DNA from: Lingula anatina
Lineage: Eukaryota; Animalia; Brachiopoda
NCBI GenBank assembly: GCA_051362555.1
Contig: CM120649.1
Location: forward strand, 17,002,567 to 17,066,566
Reading direction: 5' to 3'
DNA: 64,000 nt
Part shown: positions 1 through 14,900 of the stretch, one piece after another
Numbering within the stretch: the stretch's first letter is position 1
Layout: each line of letters starts with the position of its first letter
The notes under the pieces: generated by a model
Databases searched by the model: none
What the model was told of the DNA's origin: nothing
What the model saw: the letters and a program-made list of their open reading frames with translations, nothing else
Program-made: the position numbers and the translations under genes

Positions 1-3000
1 AACTAACATGGAATCTCTCAGGCCTAAGACTGGCTTTTGTTCTAGAAACTGGCACAGAAAAATCATATTACCAAAACCGGATAAAGACTTTTAGCAAAAG
101 TCATCATTTACAATAATGTCTGAGAACCCCAGCAGATTACGTAGCAGGGAATAAATAAACTTAAATGTCACTTTTATTCCACACTTAAGTATATTTTTCT
201 TAACCACATGGTTAAAGGCTAAACCCTTTTTCTCCCAAATCTGCTTACGGTAATAACTCACCAATTTGAAACACCACACTTATTCTGATAAACATCATTA
301 TTTCAAGATTTATAATGCATCCACTCTTACTCACGAAAATATTCTGACTCAAAATGGACCCACTAATGAGAATTTCAATTATGAAATATTAGGGAATAAT
401 AAAAATCAGAATAAAGTTTAAGGAGAAATAATCAAAACATTAGGTTAAAATTTAGTGGGACACCTACCCTAAGCAACTCTGAACTCATTTGAGACAAATG
501 CTCTGACTCACTAAGCTTTATTTAACTTTCAGAAAGTGCACTTTTTCTTATAATTGCAATTCACAACATAATTACTGAATATATATATCATAATACACTC
601 TAGCCTGAAATATCATACTAACAATAAATATCTGATTTCAGTGAAATCCCCTGCACACTATTCAAGGATATTGCGAGTCCAAAGAATATCTGATGATTGA
701 TATTAGAGTAGGGCATTTAATTTCAGGTAATGCAATAGATAAAATAGGCTTTTTAAATTATGATAGGAAGCACAACTTAGAGCTACAATGAATTAAGATT
801 AAATATATCTGATTAAGTACTAAAAATGAAATGATATGAAAATTAAATTTTTGAAAGCTCTCAGTATTTGAATTACAGTTAAATTTGAGATAGTGTTTGA
901 ACAACACCCCCCCCCCCCCCCCCAAGTCATCCCTTTCCCAACACTACTCCCTAAATTTAGAAACTTGTCTGGCTGGCTGGCCTGCTTGGCCATTTGTTGA
1001 ACTGTGATTTCAGTTGCAAACGGAAGCCAACCAAAACCAAACTACCCATACCATCAGATCTGCACAGGAGGATGAAATTGAATTAATAGGAGAAGGCTGT
1101 ACAAATGCCTTCTATGCTTTTTTTTCAGGAAATATAGACCAAATCTCTCAGTGTTTTTATACCATTGCTGTCTAGACCCTGATTCATACCATATGTAACT
1201 TCAGGTCAGATATATATGCAATTAGGCAAATTCACACAAAGTGAACCTGACCCTGAACTGGACTGGTGCAGATATTCATTCATAAGAAAAGACTTGACTG
1301 CATTACCTCAAGCATAAACCACAACATTAACAGCTTACAGTATACATTATTTTAATGAAGGAGAGAGTTGAACTGGAAGCATCAGGGAAGAGTTCCAGTA
1401 ATGCTGCACTTCCTTCCAAATAAAGGAAATACTGAAATTTGCATATGTACTCTCTGCAAGAGGTGATACAATCAACTTTTCACCTTCTACTAGAGGTAGT
1501 TCAGTCATCCTTCAAACAACATATTTCAGCTAAATGTGATGTAAAATATCAATGCCAGTGCTTACAAAAGCATTTTTAGCAATTCAAACCCCTAAAAGCT
1601 GAAACCCTTGTAACTCTTGGACTTGTGTGAACTTTCTATGTTAGTCAGCACTAATGAGAGCCACTGTGAAATAACCCGGCCAGTTTATGTGAACTATTAA
1701 CAGTTAACTGCCTACGCTATCAACTGGCTTGTAAAAAGACATTGAAACTGAGTGACGATTGGAAAAAAATAAGAATTGTGAAATGGAAGAAAAAAGAAAA
1801 TTGAGAAATTAGGAAGAAACACGATAGTCAATCCAAATTGGAAGACACAGTTAGAATGAGAAAAATTGCTGGGTGCTGACTCCTAACATATAATTTTTAC
1901 ATAAGCACCAATCTTTTTTTTTTTTTTCAATGACAACAGCAATACGATTGTTCAGGACCATCTATTCTGTTTCCATGTTTTCACTTTGAAAAAGAGCAAA
2001 ACTTCAAATGAATTATCAAACCAGTCAAGCATTGAACTCATGTGTCAGTAATCAGTACTGGTGAAGGCAACTCAGTGCATTGCTAATGGTTCATTACTGC
2101 CTGGATTTGGGGCATGGAATTTTGATGAAGCTTGCCTGCTATCAGAATCCAACAGATTTCTTGCGTAACCCATTTCCAGGGTGGAGCATTTCCTGTCCCT
2201 AGCTCTGAGTTGCCCCAAGTTCCACAGAAACCTGAGAACCAGCCTCTGCCATTGCATGTAATTTGGCTCAGAAATACAAGGTATGTTGCAAGAGAAGGAG
2301 CTTATATAACCTCATTCCCAGATGAAGATGTTCTTGACAGACATTAAAACATTAATAAACAACAATATCAGCTGTTGATAGAAGAAAATCACTTTAACTC
2401 TTCCAACACTATACAGCTGATGAAATTCTTCTCCATCTTCCTTACTTACAGTATGTTGTATCTGAGCTAGCCAGAGTTTCAAAGCCCATATTGGGCCATC
2501 TCCTTCATTTTCAAATGTCCATACAAAAGTATGCTTGTGCCCAATGGGCACTTACATTTGGAGGTTTCAAAATGAAGAAGCTGGCATGCACTGGACCTGT
2601 AACTTTGGGTACACTGAGCCACAGATCATTGGAAATGGCAAAGCAAGCTGGGGGTAGAGGTCAGCTTTCAGATATCTCTGAAACGCAGGTTGGACTACTC
2701 CACACAGGACTTCCAAAAAGAAGTATTCATCCCTTGCAGTACATGGCCAGAGTGCATTACCTGGCATGGACAGATATTGCCTATATTGTACTGCAGCCAG
2801 GTTTTGTACTGTTACCGTTTCAGAACACTTCCTCAACCAAATTCCAATGAGTAATATCAATACCCCCTCCCCCATTCACAGTCCATTTAAAATTGATCTG
2901 GTCTGTAAAGCTAACATTACCCTTGACTATACCATGCAATAGCCTGGAAACAGGTTATAAGTTACACAATAATGACATATGGATGACTTTTACCAATAAC

Positions 3001-3624
3001 AGCTGCCAAAAATTAATCTTACTTAACTTGTAGAAAGTGGCAAATTAAGGATCACGGAGCCTACACTGTCAGAGACTGTAACCTTATTTTCTTTTAATCT
3101 GTGCTTTCTTAATAAAACTATACAGACAGTGCCTTGGCATGTGGTTGTGTATATGTTGGGTAAATCACTCTTGAATAGCAACATGTGATTTAGCCCCCCC
3201 CCCCCCCCCCACCACTGAACAACAGGACTTATTTCCTCCTGCTTTTTTATTCTGTCCCTCTTTAGAGAAAAGTCAAAGCTTTCCATACTATCTATATTTA
3301 ACCTCCTCTCATATAACTCAATGTTTTTACACATGCTTCTGACTGTCACTTTTCAACTCTTTCACTTGAGCAGAAAAGCTTAAATCAGGGCTCAAAATTC
3401 AAAGGCATGGCTAATCAGCTCAGCGAGTACAACTTGTTGCAATCGCACCCAGTTTAAAAGGACACAATATACTGTTTCTTGTTTTTCGTTAGAAGGGAAC
3501 TGAACTTTGCATGTAGAAGAAGTTGAGATGGGGCAATGCCCAATGCATCAACTGAAGCGAAAATGTAAAACTAGTTGAGTTTTAAGAGTTCTAATAAAAT
3601 GAAATGCTTTTGTGGAAGGGGTAC

Positions 3625-3626
<2 letters not shown>

Positions 3627-3674
<48 letters not shown>

Positions 3675-3819
3675 ATGTATGATTGTGTGTGTGCATGCCT
3701 GCAAGTGTATGCACACGCGCGCGCGTGTGTACGTGATTGTGCATGGATGTGTGTGCATGCCTGCATGTGTGTGTGTGATTGTTTGTGTGTGTGTGTGTGT
3801 GTGATTGTTTGTGTGTGAT

Positions 3820-3862
<43 letters not shown>

Positions 3863-3863
3863 G
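3627..3863. repeat. Compound (GT)n microsatellite
   Basis: Long pure and interrupted GT runs; source of the HTHT/CVCV ORFs. Confidence 0.95.
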
Positions 3864-4704
3864 CATAAATAAGTCTGTGTGTGTCTACATGACTAATAAC
3901 GCAATCCACGGTGTCTGCTTCCTTAAAGCATGTACTAGTAAAGGAACACATGCAGCTTTGGTGCCAACAGTAATTGACAGAACTTTTCAATTTCACTGGT
4001 AACTATGAGCTTCTACACCCCAAAAATTGCAGACGTCCAACAAGTTTTTTTATATACATGTACTGGTCAGCACATGGAGCATGCCCCTCCTAAACCAATA
4101 AACTGACCTTGGTGATAAAATTCCATCTAGCCACAGCAGATATATCTATGAGCAATCTAATATCAAAGAGTGGAAGTACTTTCAGTAACTAAATCTCTCA
4201 CTCATGCCTTTGCTATGTCAGTGGAAGGAACTTAAACAGTAATATTCTCTACAGGTATACTGCATACTACTTTCTACATTGAGCAGTACACTTTTCTGTA
4301 TCCCCCTCCCAACAACAAAATGTAATTACATGGTAGGACCAGTCCAATGTATTCAAAACAGAAAAGTGCAGTGCATGATGTGAAAAAGACCACTACATGT
4401 TATGTGAGCACACAATTCTCAATCAAATTCCACTGGAGAACAGACATGACAGCCAGGCATGTATAGATGTTTGAAAATTAAGAAGCTGGTTGCTCTTAAA
4501 CCTAGGCTAACTATTAGTATAGCTCTTGGTGGTTCATTTTACAGACTAAATACAAAACTCTTCCATTTCTTTGACAATGTGTCAAGGGAGATTGGAGTAG
4601 AAACCTTGTTCATGGGGTTTAACATTCAGAAAAAAGGAGGAAATTTCCTTGACATGGAAAAAACGATGGAATAAAACATTCCAGCCTCTATTTGTGATAC
4701 TTAC

Positions 4705-5916
4705 TGGAATTCCATTGACTCCTGGGAAACCTGGCATTCCTATCTTGCCCTAAAATATCAAAATATTTTGGTAAAATAATTGTATCCATCACATGTCTGC
4801 ATATAAGTTATAATTTATGACTGAACATCCTTTATAACTCTGAATTTCTTTAAAATTTGTTCAGGTTCAAATGGAAAACTTGTGACAAAGCCAAATTATA
4901 CACAACCAAAGCACTATCACAAGGAGACCTGCATGACGTAATGCAGTCAACAACATAGCTTTACATAACGCATTTGGCATTAACATACACCCTCACTTCA
5001 GGTGCCTTAACTGGAAACCTGCCTCCATCAAGATAAGCTCCATCAAGGTAAACATCTTTGTCCATCACTTACCCTATCACCTTTAGGTCCTGTAGGGCCT
5101 TGTCTTCCTGCGTCTCCCTTCTCTCCCTTAGGTCCTGTTAGACCCTGAGGGCCCTCCATGCCCTGGTATCCCTGCTCTCCTATTGGACCTGTGGGGCCAG
5201 GGGCACCCTGGAGTTATAAATTGATACAATATTGATACAATATTGATAAACTTTGATATTATTTTGATATAATATTGAAATTATATTGATACAATGTTGA
5301 CATTATATACTGATACAATATTGACACAATATTGAAACAATGCTGACAAATATTAATACATTACTAATATTACATTGACAAAATACTAATATCATATTGC
5401 AATATTATATATTGATACAACATTGACAAATATTAATACAATAATGGTTTTAAACATTCATCAAAATTAACATACATTTAGATAACACTGATGTTTTATA
5501 GTGATACAAAGCCTTTTAAATATATTTGGATCAGAGGAATGAATTGCCTAACATCATTCTAACACCAGAGACCATTTATATGTCAAATGAACAATTTAAT
5601 ATCTGATAATATTATTTTTTTATATGAAGACCCAAAATAACAATGTTTGACACAATTAAGTTGTACCAAAAATATACCTGACTGAAAAAGCTTCAACAAT
5701 GTGTAGCCTCCCCCCCCCCCACCTCTTAACCCTCTTTATCAACTCCACCTGCCCGCCTATCTCATAAATGTGCCTACGCCCAACTGCACCGAGTTCCCTC
5801 CTAATGATTTCTGTGGCAATGTTATTGTTGCTCTTTAGTTATATGGTGTTAGCAGTGTGGTCCCTATGTGGCTAAACTGCCTCAGCTGTGATAACACCCC
5901 AGCACTTTATGAATGG

Positions 5917-5961
<45 letters not shown>

Positions 5962-8900
5962 GTGTATGTGTGTTGTACACTAACATGCATGCTTGTGTTA
6001 TATGAACTAATATATGAACTAATCATAATCAACTTGCAGATTGAAAAGTGCAACCAGCCCTGAGGTAAGTTGACATAGTTTGATAGGAGACACAAATTAA
6101 GACGTACAAAAAACAAACAGACACCCAAGTTTCACTGCCCTCATAAATTTCATCCCAGGGAAAGTTATACGAGGACAGAGGATGTGTAAGAGGAGAGGAA
6201 AAATCCTACTTGCAACTCTATATGACCTTTCTAAAAATCTTCAATAAATATTTTTTCCACTCTGACATATCCGGGATATACTTCCAGGAAGGCCGTGTAA
6301 CCTCCATCAGAATATATGAAATTTATTCGAAACATGTAGAAGAGGATATTCATTCACCTGAAAATTTTCTTTCATCTATTCATATTTTATTCGAACAAAT
6401 TTAAGATGTATTTCTTTAGCAGGTTTTTTTAATATGCCACATGTATTAAAACGCAAAAGAGACATTTTCTGGAATCCCCCCCTATCCCCATTTCTGTAAT
6501 TCCTTCAAATTAACCTGTAATGCAGCCAATGGTTGCTAACATATTTATTCTCCTTCAAAATAAGTGTAAAAACCAAAGAAAAGACACATTTGTTATATTT
6601 GATAATAATTAATTTTCTTAGTGGTAATGTTGAGTCACCAGGACGACCCAGGATAAGAGCATCAATTGAGGTATTTTTCAACCAAAACCTGGCTCATAAC
6701 CATATCAGTGAAGACGGTTGAACTGGACAGAGCCCAGCTGTACCAGGTACATGGATGAGCACCAGGAATTCCTTCCCTGTCAGTACCCGCCTTCTCCTGG
6801 TCTTTGATGTTTTTATCACCGCCAGGTGAACCAATGGTCAACAGGGCAAAGGGAGGTTTCTCTCTTTCTAATATATTAGACACTGCTCTTGGAAGATGAA
6901 AAATGGTGGTTCGCAATACTGAGCAATGCTCAACAATTTCAGATGCCACCATGGTTCTAAAAATTATATAAATGATAATTTTAGTCATTGGGTAATAAGG
7001 GACGAAGAGTCTACCTCTCTGCTGTATCTTGTGTATGAGGAGTCTGCTCTATCTTAAACAAACCATTCTAGGGATTTCAGTGAATATCCTGTCAATAAAT
7101 ATGGTGCCAACAAATTTCATGATCTTATTTCATATAAGCAGAAATGACAGCTTCTTTTTTCATCCTTTATCACTAATCTTATCATAAGAAATTGGCCATA
7201 CCTGGCCAATGGATCCGTCAAAACCACCACCATAGCAAAAGTGCCCTCAGCCAATGCTAAATCTGCACCCTGACTCCGCATAATTTCCAAACATTTTTAT
7301 TTCAGATGCATGCTTTTAACAGCAACAAACTGTTCAATCTGGATGAAAAAGTATTTATTGAACACCTCCAATGGATTGTTTTCTCTGCAGCAAAATCCTC
7401 CTCATTTCCCAGACACACTAAAATAATTGCATAAACAGTTTGGAAATTCCTCCAAAAAAAAAAAAAAAAAAAAAAGAGGTAAGTTGTGTTAGCAAGAAGC
7501 TAACAGGGCCTCAGCAAAGGTGAGATTATTACTGCCTGGGGTCTGTTTATTTGACTTAGAAGTCAGTAGTCAATTACCTGCCATTAATCCCTGGAAAACA
7601 CCACATTCCTGGAATCTGTATATTCACTGTGTTTAAATGCCACACCCTATCCCATAATGTTTTTTGGGGCCCATGTTTCTAATGTGTACTGAACACAGAG
7701 ACGAAACCCTCCAGGGCAACTGGGTATTTTTGACAGATTATTACACTTTTGTTTTAGCTTCTAGAGACCAACATTTTTTCTTCCTAAACAGTAGCAACCT
7801 ATCAACCCATCTTTTCAAACATTACGAATTTTACAGGACTTAAAATGATGAACTTGGTTATTAGGTGGGTTTCTAGATGTCACTCTACCAGTGAAACATA
7901 TCTTTAAAAACAAAATCAGCTATTCACGTCCCAGACCAAAATAAAAATCTTCTTATAACCTTCTCAGATATGCCACTGACATAGGCCATATTTATAATCT
8001 TAGGTTGCGTTCACATTTGCAGTTGAAGCTATCTTACCAGGTGGGTAGTTTGAACCAACTGTGTGTACTTGCGCTGAATGCCATCAGATTTATAGATTAA
8101 CACGCCTCCTGCGGGCGTTGAGTAGAAAACAGAAAAGCTAGTGAATATCACGAGTATGTTGGGCACAAATGGAAGCATGTTAATCTGATTGCATTCAGCC
8201 GGAGTCTCCACAAAGCTAGTACAAACTACTTAGTACGATACCTTCCTTGTGAACACACCTTTAAGGGGCTCATGGAGGAGACCCTCCCTTCCAACAGTAA
8301 AGCATCTTAGCAATATCATCCATCTTAATAGATTCCGTTTGATGTTACACCTCTTAATGCACTGTAAACTCCTTTCTTATCTCAAATAAATGAATTTCAA
8401 TTAATAGACTAAAGGATTAATTGCAGTTCACAGAGGCACTTATCTCCAGCAGTAAATTAATGTCCTATATCTTATCTCCTTTGTTTATATTACTTAACAT
8501 TAGCTAATGTACAGGTGTGATCTGTACTAGGTTTTGAAACATACAAAAGGATTTACATCCATTTTAACAAATTTATCTTATAGTATCTGTTTCTATTTAT
8601 TTATGATTCCTTTTTTTTTCAGAGGGGCTTTCAAGTATTATATGAAAAATATTTTAGATGCAAAAAGGAGACTACTTTAAGACAGATCCCCAATACAATT
8701 TACTCTTTTATTTGAAACTTCAAGGTTTTTTTAAATAAAATAGTTCAAGAAACAGCAGTCATATCTGAGAGCCCATAACTAGAACTGCACTGCAATAGCA
8801 CCTTCCTGACTGACATGTTGCACTCCAAGAGCTTGGCCAGTGAAAAGATAAAATGCCATCTATTAAGAATCATTTAAGTCAGATGTTTTCACTGGTTTGC

Positions 8901-11900
8901 TTTATAATAAATCTAGACTGGTTGGTTTTTAGTAAAATTATCCAAATACTAATTAATTTTTTATATCTTTGGAAAAGCCGGTTTTACTTTACTGAATATT
9001 CCTAAATTACGTGTTTTTTTATTTATCTTATTTCTTTCTATTTCATGTATTTATATTTAAGTTTTGATCAAGAAGTTTAATAGTTATACTTGTTCAAAAG
9101 GCTCACATGGAGTAGCAGGCTGTATTTAATTTAAATGTAAAAGCTACAAAGAGTAAATGGCTCCAGTCTAATGCATACTAAGTGCAGCAATTTCTTTTAA
9201 CAGTTGACTGAAACCTCCACAATAAAAACAGCTTTGTTTTATATACAAAGAAGCCATGTTTATCTAATTCTAATTGAATTGAATGTACAAAATTTGCACC
9301 AGGTGGATTGCCATTACCTTTAAAACAAAAACATATTCTACTCCATGCTTCATGAATGTATATTAAATAGCATCAATGATGACCAAAAATGTCTTCCCCC
9401 CCCCCTCCTTCTGATTTCTTTTTTTTTTTTTTTTCAATTCATGACGAAGAAATGTGTAAACTTCATGCAAAAATAGTTTGATCTGTACAGAATCTAAATA
9501 TGCCTCATTAACATAACACAAGAACACTTTTTTTTCTTTAAAAATGTTATTGTGCTGGCCAAGCTCCCCAACTGTTATATGTTGTGATACGAAGGGAGGT
9601 CTGAACACAAAAATGACTGACTTGATAAAAACTTTGAAAATCAAAAATCCAAGGAAATGAACTTTCAAATCATTACAAAGCCATCAAAAGGAAAATAGAA
9701 GCAATATCTGCAGTACTATAAAAAAATACTTTCCACAAACGACTGCCAAGGTACCTCTCTTTGCTTTCACTATTGACTTTGACCTGTGTATACACAATCT
9801 CTGGGACTTATGTTCATTGAGGCACTGTTTTGATCCTTCAATCTTCATTTCCTTTGCCAGAAACATAAAAGCACAAGCCAACTTATCAAAGTTTGAGGTT
9901 GTAGAGAAACTGGAAAGGGGGAGGGGGGGGGGAGGGGGGTCTTCTCCTAAAAATGTGGACCTTTTTAAACCCTTTAATTAACCCAACTAAAGAAATGGCA
10001 CTAAGTCAAATACTGGTTCAGAGTGGACCTTTTTTGAACAGAAAGAGAGTTCTTCTCTCCCCCCCCCCCCCCCCGAACCCCCCCTTCCTACAGTGAATAA
10101 CATCAAAATTGTACCCTTACATAATTCACAATTAACCTTCTTTTGCACTGTCAGCTATTGCCCTATGTTTTAAATCTAATCCAGTGCCAAAGTTCAGAGA
10201 GGCAGTGTTCTTGGTTTTCTACAAAAGCATGTCTGAGAAGTATATAACTGACTGAGGCTTTGATCAAAGACAGACAATGACGACAGAAATACAGAGCTGT
10301 CTGAGCTATATAACTTCATGGGAGGAATTCCTTTGAACTTGAGTCTTTTTTTTTCTCCTTGCTTTAAAAACTTGCATAAGGAAGACAGAAGAGGAGAAAG
10401 TTTCAATATAAACAGCATGAGATAAAAGGTTCCTACAAGAATGTTTCCATCTTAACAGCATGACAAAAAGTTACTAAAATGTTCATCCCCAAAGATAAAT
10501 ATACAGCAGGATGTGTCAACTATGACAATAAACAAATGTATTATCAACCTAATTCTGTTTTACACTTTGGGAATTAAACTAGGTATAAGATTCCATCAGG
10601 GATCTGACCTCGGACAAAACCTTAGAGCGCATTCAGAACAGTGGACTAACAGATCCACGGACCAAACATGGCGACCCACTAAAGAGCTTGATGCTTAATT
10701 CCCGATTTTAGACACTGAATTGATTCCCCCCAGGGATTACACAACAAGCATTCAAGTGGTTCAGTCATACTTGATTAGCAGATCAGATTAGAATATAAAT
10801 GATTAGTCCGCCGTTCTGAATGCACTCTAAGATTACAATGAGAATGGTCACAAAATGATTTAGACCTAACATAAGCTCATCCAGCAATCTACTTCTCATT
10901 GCCATGCCCATCCTAGGACAATGAACATGGTAATGTGGAATAAGACCCCTTATGTCGTGTTTCCAGAAAAGATGGGTCAGCCAAACTCGGTACCCATTCA
11001 TTTCTGCAATCTGGCTTATTGTGCTAAGCTCAACACAAGAAACCAATATCACCCCAGATGCCTAATATAAATTCCAATGGCTAAATGTGGTACAACTGAG
11101 AGATTAGATTTGCTTTCTATGATGGACCTATCCAAATCAGTCGGCCTCGCTGGGGTAGGTCATATCAAGATAGTCCGTCCCATCTTGAGTGGAAACACAC
11201 CATCTGACTGCACTAGAACAACTTTTTTAAGTGTTCATTGTTATTCTTTCCAGCAATTAATAAAGAAGAGGCAGTCAAAACACAGCCTGGTATCAAAGGT
11301 TACATTCCCATTGATAAAGTTGTGTCCCACCTTTATGTCAGCTGTGGTAATATTGCCTCTCACAACAGGGTACAATGGCAAGAGTTCTACAGGGAGTTAT
11401 AAACAACATGTGCCTGAACTATTGGTCAGGCCACATAGCAATGAGTATGGTCAGTTTTATTGAGCCACTGTTAGCTTATGATAATCACAACATTGTCTTT
11501 ATGACTTTGCATATTTGAACCACACAAGTAACCAAAGATCTCGTAATTGGAATCACTCAACCAATGAATGCTTCATTCAAAAGATATGTAATGAGAAAGT
11601 GGACCTTATCAAAAATTTCGTAAAAAAATTCACAAACTGATATGAGAGGAGGATTAATATAAAACCTTAATATCCTGCGAAATGTGGAAGACTTCTATCT
11701 TCAGTTTATAAGGACTTTATTGCTGATGACATTTTTGAGCTAGGTTCCTTCTTGATTCATACATTACATTTACATGTTTATATTATATATATAATGTGGT
11801 GTGTGTGTGTGTGCGTGCACGCATGCAAATGCACTTGTATTGATTAAAGGTCTTACCCTGGATCCGTTCTCTCCTATACACCAACTTCCTGACTGTGTGT

Positions 11901-14900
11901 GTGTGTGTGCTTGCGTGCGTGCATGTGTGTATGCGTGTGCTTGCGTGCATGCGTGCATGTACTAAGGTCTTACCCTGGATCCCTTCTCTCCTATACACCA
12001 ACTTCCTGTTTTTGTGCATGTGTGTGTATGTGTATGTGTGCGTGCATGTAATACGGTCTTACCCTGGATCCTTTCTCTCCTATATACACCTACATCCTGT
12101 GTGTGTGCGTGTACATGTGCGTGTATGTATTTAAGTCTTACCCTGGATCCTTTCTCTCCTATACACCTACATCCTGACTGTGAGCACCTGGCAGCACATT
12201 CTGGGTTAATATTTTCAAATTGCTGAAAAGACGAGAGAAAAACTTCATTAACATATGTAACATTGTTTATCTGCAGCCCCTTCAAAAAAATACAAGTAAA
12301 ACCATACATCTTTGGTGTCAGATCAACAAAAAATACAAAATAAGACAGAATTCTATAGTTTTATCACTTATGTGTTAAAGACTGCTTGCTGGAAAATAAA
12401 GGGAAACTGCTAAAAAAATTTTCAAATATCAATCATGACAAAATACTTTGGTTTTTCATTTCAAATTGCTTGAAAAATATCCAAATTATCAAAATATTTT
12501 TGGTATGAACAAAAGACATGACTTCATTGTGTTAGAAAGAGGGAAATATCACAAAACAGCTGCAAGCACACCCTGGGCTGACTTTTTCACACTGAAAATA
12601 AAGAGAGGTTAATGGATAAGTCTGCTGCAAAAAGAGAGTAAAGTATCCTCTGAAATTGCTGAAATGGGAAATAAAATCGGAAAGAGAAACAGCGAAATTT
12701 AATGATTATAGGCCGATATCTGCATAGAAATGCTCTTCTTTTATTCAACCATGCTCTTTCATTCTTTCAATCATTAAATCCACCCTTTACTTCCTGCACA
12801 AACTCTACAACAAACCACATCTCGTTCAGAAGATCAAGAAAATGTCTTTCCCTACAGATGGCATTTCCCAACAGCATGAAACTACCAAGATTGATGGCTC
12901 TGGTAATGAGAGTTTCACCCAGGTCCTGAGGTGACACTCTGTCAAATTGTGACCTCATCTGGCAGTTAAATGACCACTACTGAGGACATCTAACACCCCT
13001 AGAATACACTGACCTCGGGGACATAGGGCAGAAAAATAAATTTAGACTTTTTACTGTTTGCAAAGAAAGAAAATCTGCCCTTTTGAAGACTGAAGTAATT
13101 TTTTCTTCAGTCAACAGTTTAAAATTGAAATAGTTTTCACCTCAAATATTTCGATGTCTAACAGAACATCTCCATAAGGGGATAACACAGCTGATGAAAT
13201 TCTTCTCTGCCCTTTAACTTTCAGTGTCAGTGGTCTAGTATATCAGTCTTTTATTTCCTTTTGCTGGCTTTTTCTGTACTGTACACAAAAATTGGTTCAT
13301 CTCATCAATAACAAGTTGTTCTTAGCTTTGTACCACACACACATTAATCAACCAATTAATTAGTCAAAATTGTTCCCTCTGTTATTTTTTCTTATGGTCT
13401 CAAGATCAGTGGTCTTGTATATCACAATATACTGTTATTCACACATTAACAACACAGGATAATGTTCATCAGTAAATACCAGGACTGACTCTGGCATGCA
13501 AACACTACAGATATAGGAAATCTCTCTCTCTCTCTCCGAATTCACAGAGACAAAACTGGGAATCTTAGTTTTTTAATCACTCTGTACAGCATCACGTCAT
13601 GTTCCAAATGTGATGGAAAGCATTAAATCCCTTCCATCTGATAGGTGTGACCCGTTTCATTCTAAGAGATGATTAGCTATCTGAGATGGTGAAATGCTTT
13701 CTAATATACATTCCTTGTGCATAGGTTGTGATCAACAAAATGGTCACAGCAGCATTCCTGTGTGTAAACAATCTGCAATATTAGCCAATGTGATGGGGGA
13801 AGTTGACTTGTAGATTTGATGTCAGACCAGTAAAAAGGAGGATTTTTTTCAAACTTGCTTACATATTTCCACTTGACTAGTGCAAATTTTCAAAGTTGTT
13901 TGAATTCTTTTTCCAAATATCTATAAATTTCACCTACAGACTTTTTTTTAAATGCCCAAGCCTCCCCATAATCCATAGGCTGAAATGTTTTAAGTGCATT
14001 TATATAAACTTGAAATATTTGCAGCATTACTATAATTGAACTGAGACTTTAAAAAGTTAACTGTTTCCCTGCCATGTAAATAAATATCAATGTAGTCAAG
14101 CCATGTGGACATTTCAGCTTCCTTTTAGTTTTTACGAGTGTTTTACAAGAATCCATTTATGTATTTCAATTTACACTCGGTTAACTAAAAACAGTCACTG
14201 TAACATCACTTTGGGGCAATCAGTGACTGCATCAAAAAGAGGTCTCTTAAACAGTGGGTATCCCTCATGTTTTAAACTTAAAGATTCTTGTTTAGATTTC
14301 TAAATGGAGCTCTCTGCCCTAGAGCAGTTTAAAGCAAACTGTGTGGCTTCAGCCATCCAGTTTCTCTAAATCATTTCTCGTCTTATACAAAACCATATTG
14401 CTGACAGAAAAAATTGGAATAAAAGGTTCTTCTTTTCTTACTTCTCATTAATTTTGACACAAATAAGAAGAACCTGTCTGTCTGAATGTTGTTCTTTTTA
14501 CTTCTCATTAAGTCTTCTTCTGCATTCAGCGAGAGTCCCCATGGTGTTCCATTGATCTACCAGTACTAAGCATGAGGGTTTCATTGAAAATGAGACCTTC
14601 ATTGACTAAACAATCCCCTAACCCCAAGAAAAGCTATATAAAACCAAATGCCAGTTTATAAATGAGCACACCGTAGATATACATTAGACAGACAACAATG
14701 CATAAATATTTGCTTCAAATAGCAACCCTGAATGAGCACATGATTAGTGAAAAATAAAACAACTTGTAATTGAAGATAAAATGTAAAAATTCCAAAAATG
14801 ACACATAAACCACTTTTGAGGATGGTGAAGGGGGGAGAAGAAAATGTAGTTGAACACCTATAAAGGAATAACCATGGCAACTTGCGTATGGGCTAAAAGC

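Noticed and set aside
455-520. Minus-strand A-box-like start suggesting a tRNA or SINE head
   Set aside because: No cloverleaf or B box could be built.
2072-2875. Cluster of 60-119 aa ORFs with coding-like composition, a possible nested gene
   Set aside because: No recognisable domain, stops in every frame, and no consistent exon chain.
3548-4002. His/Thr- and Cys/Val-rich ORFs (also near 5.9, 16.1, 37.9, 42.8 and 45.3 kb)
   Set aside because: They are translations of (GT)n/(CA)n microsatellites.
11077-11463. 128-aa ORF in an alpha2-like intron
   Set aside because: No recognisable motif or supporting splice structure; its length is compatible with chance.
11849-12180. Repeat-spacer pattern resembling a CRISPR array
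   Set aside because: The context is eukaryotic with no cas genes. The repeats are copies of a collagen exon end and donor, and the spacers are TG microsatellite.
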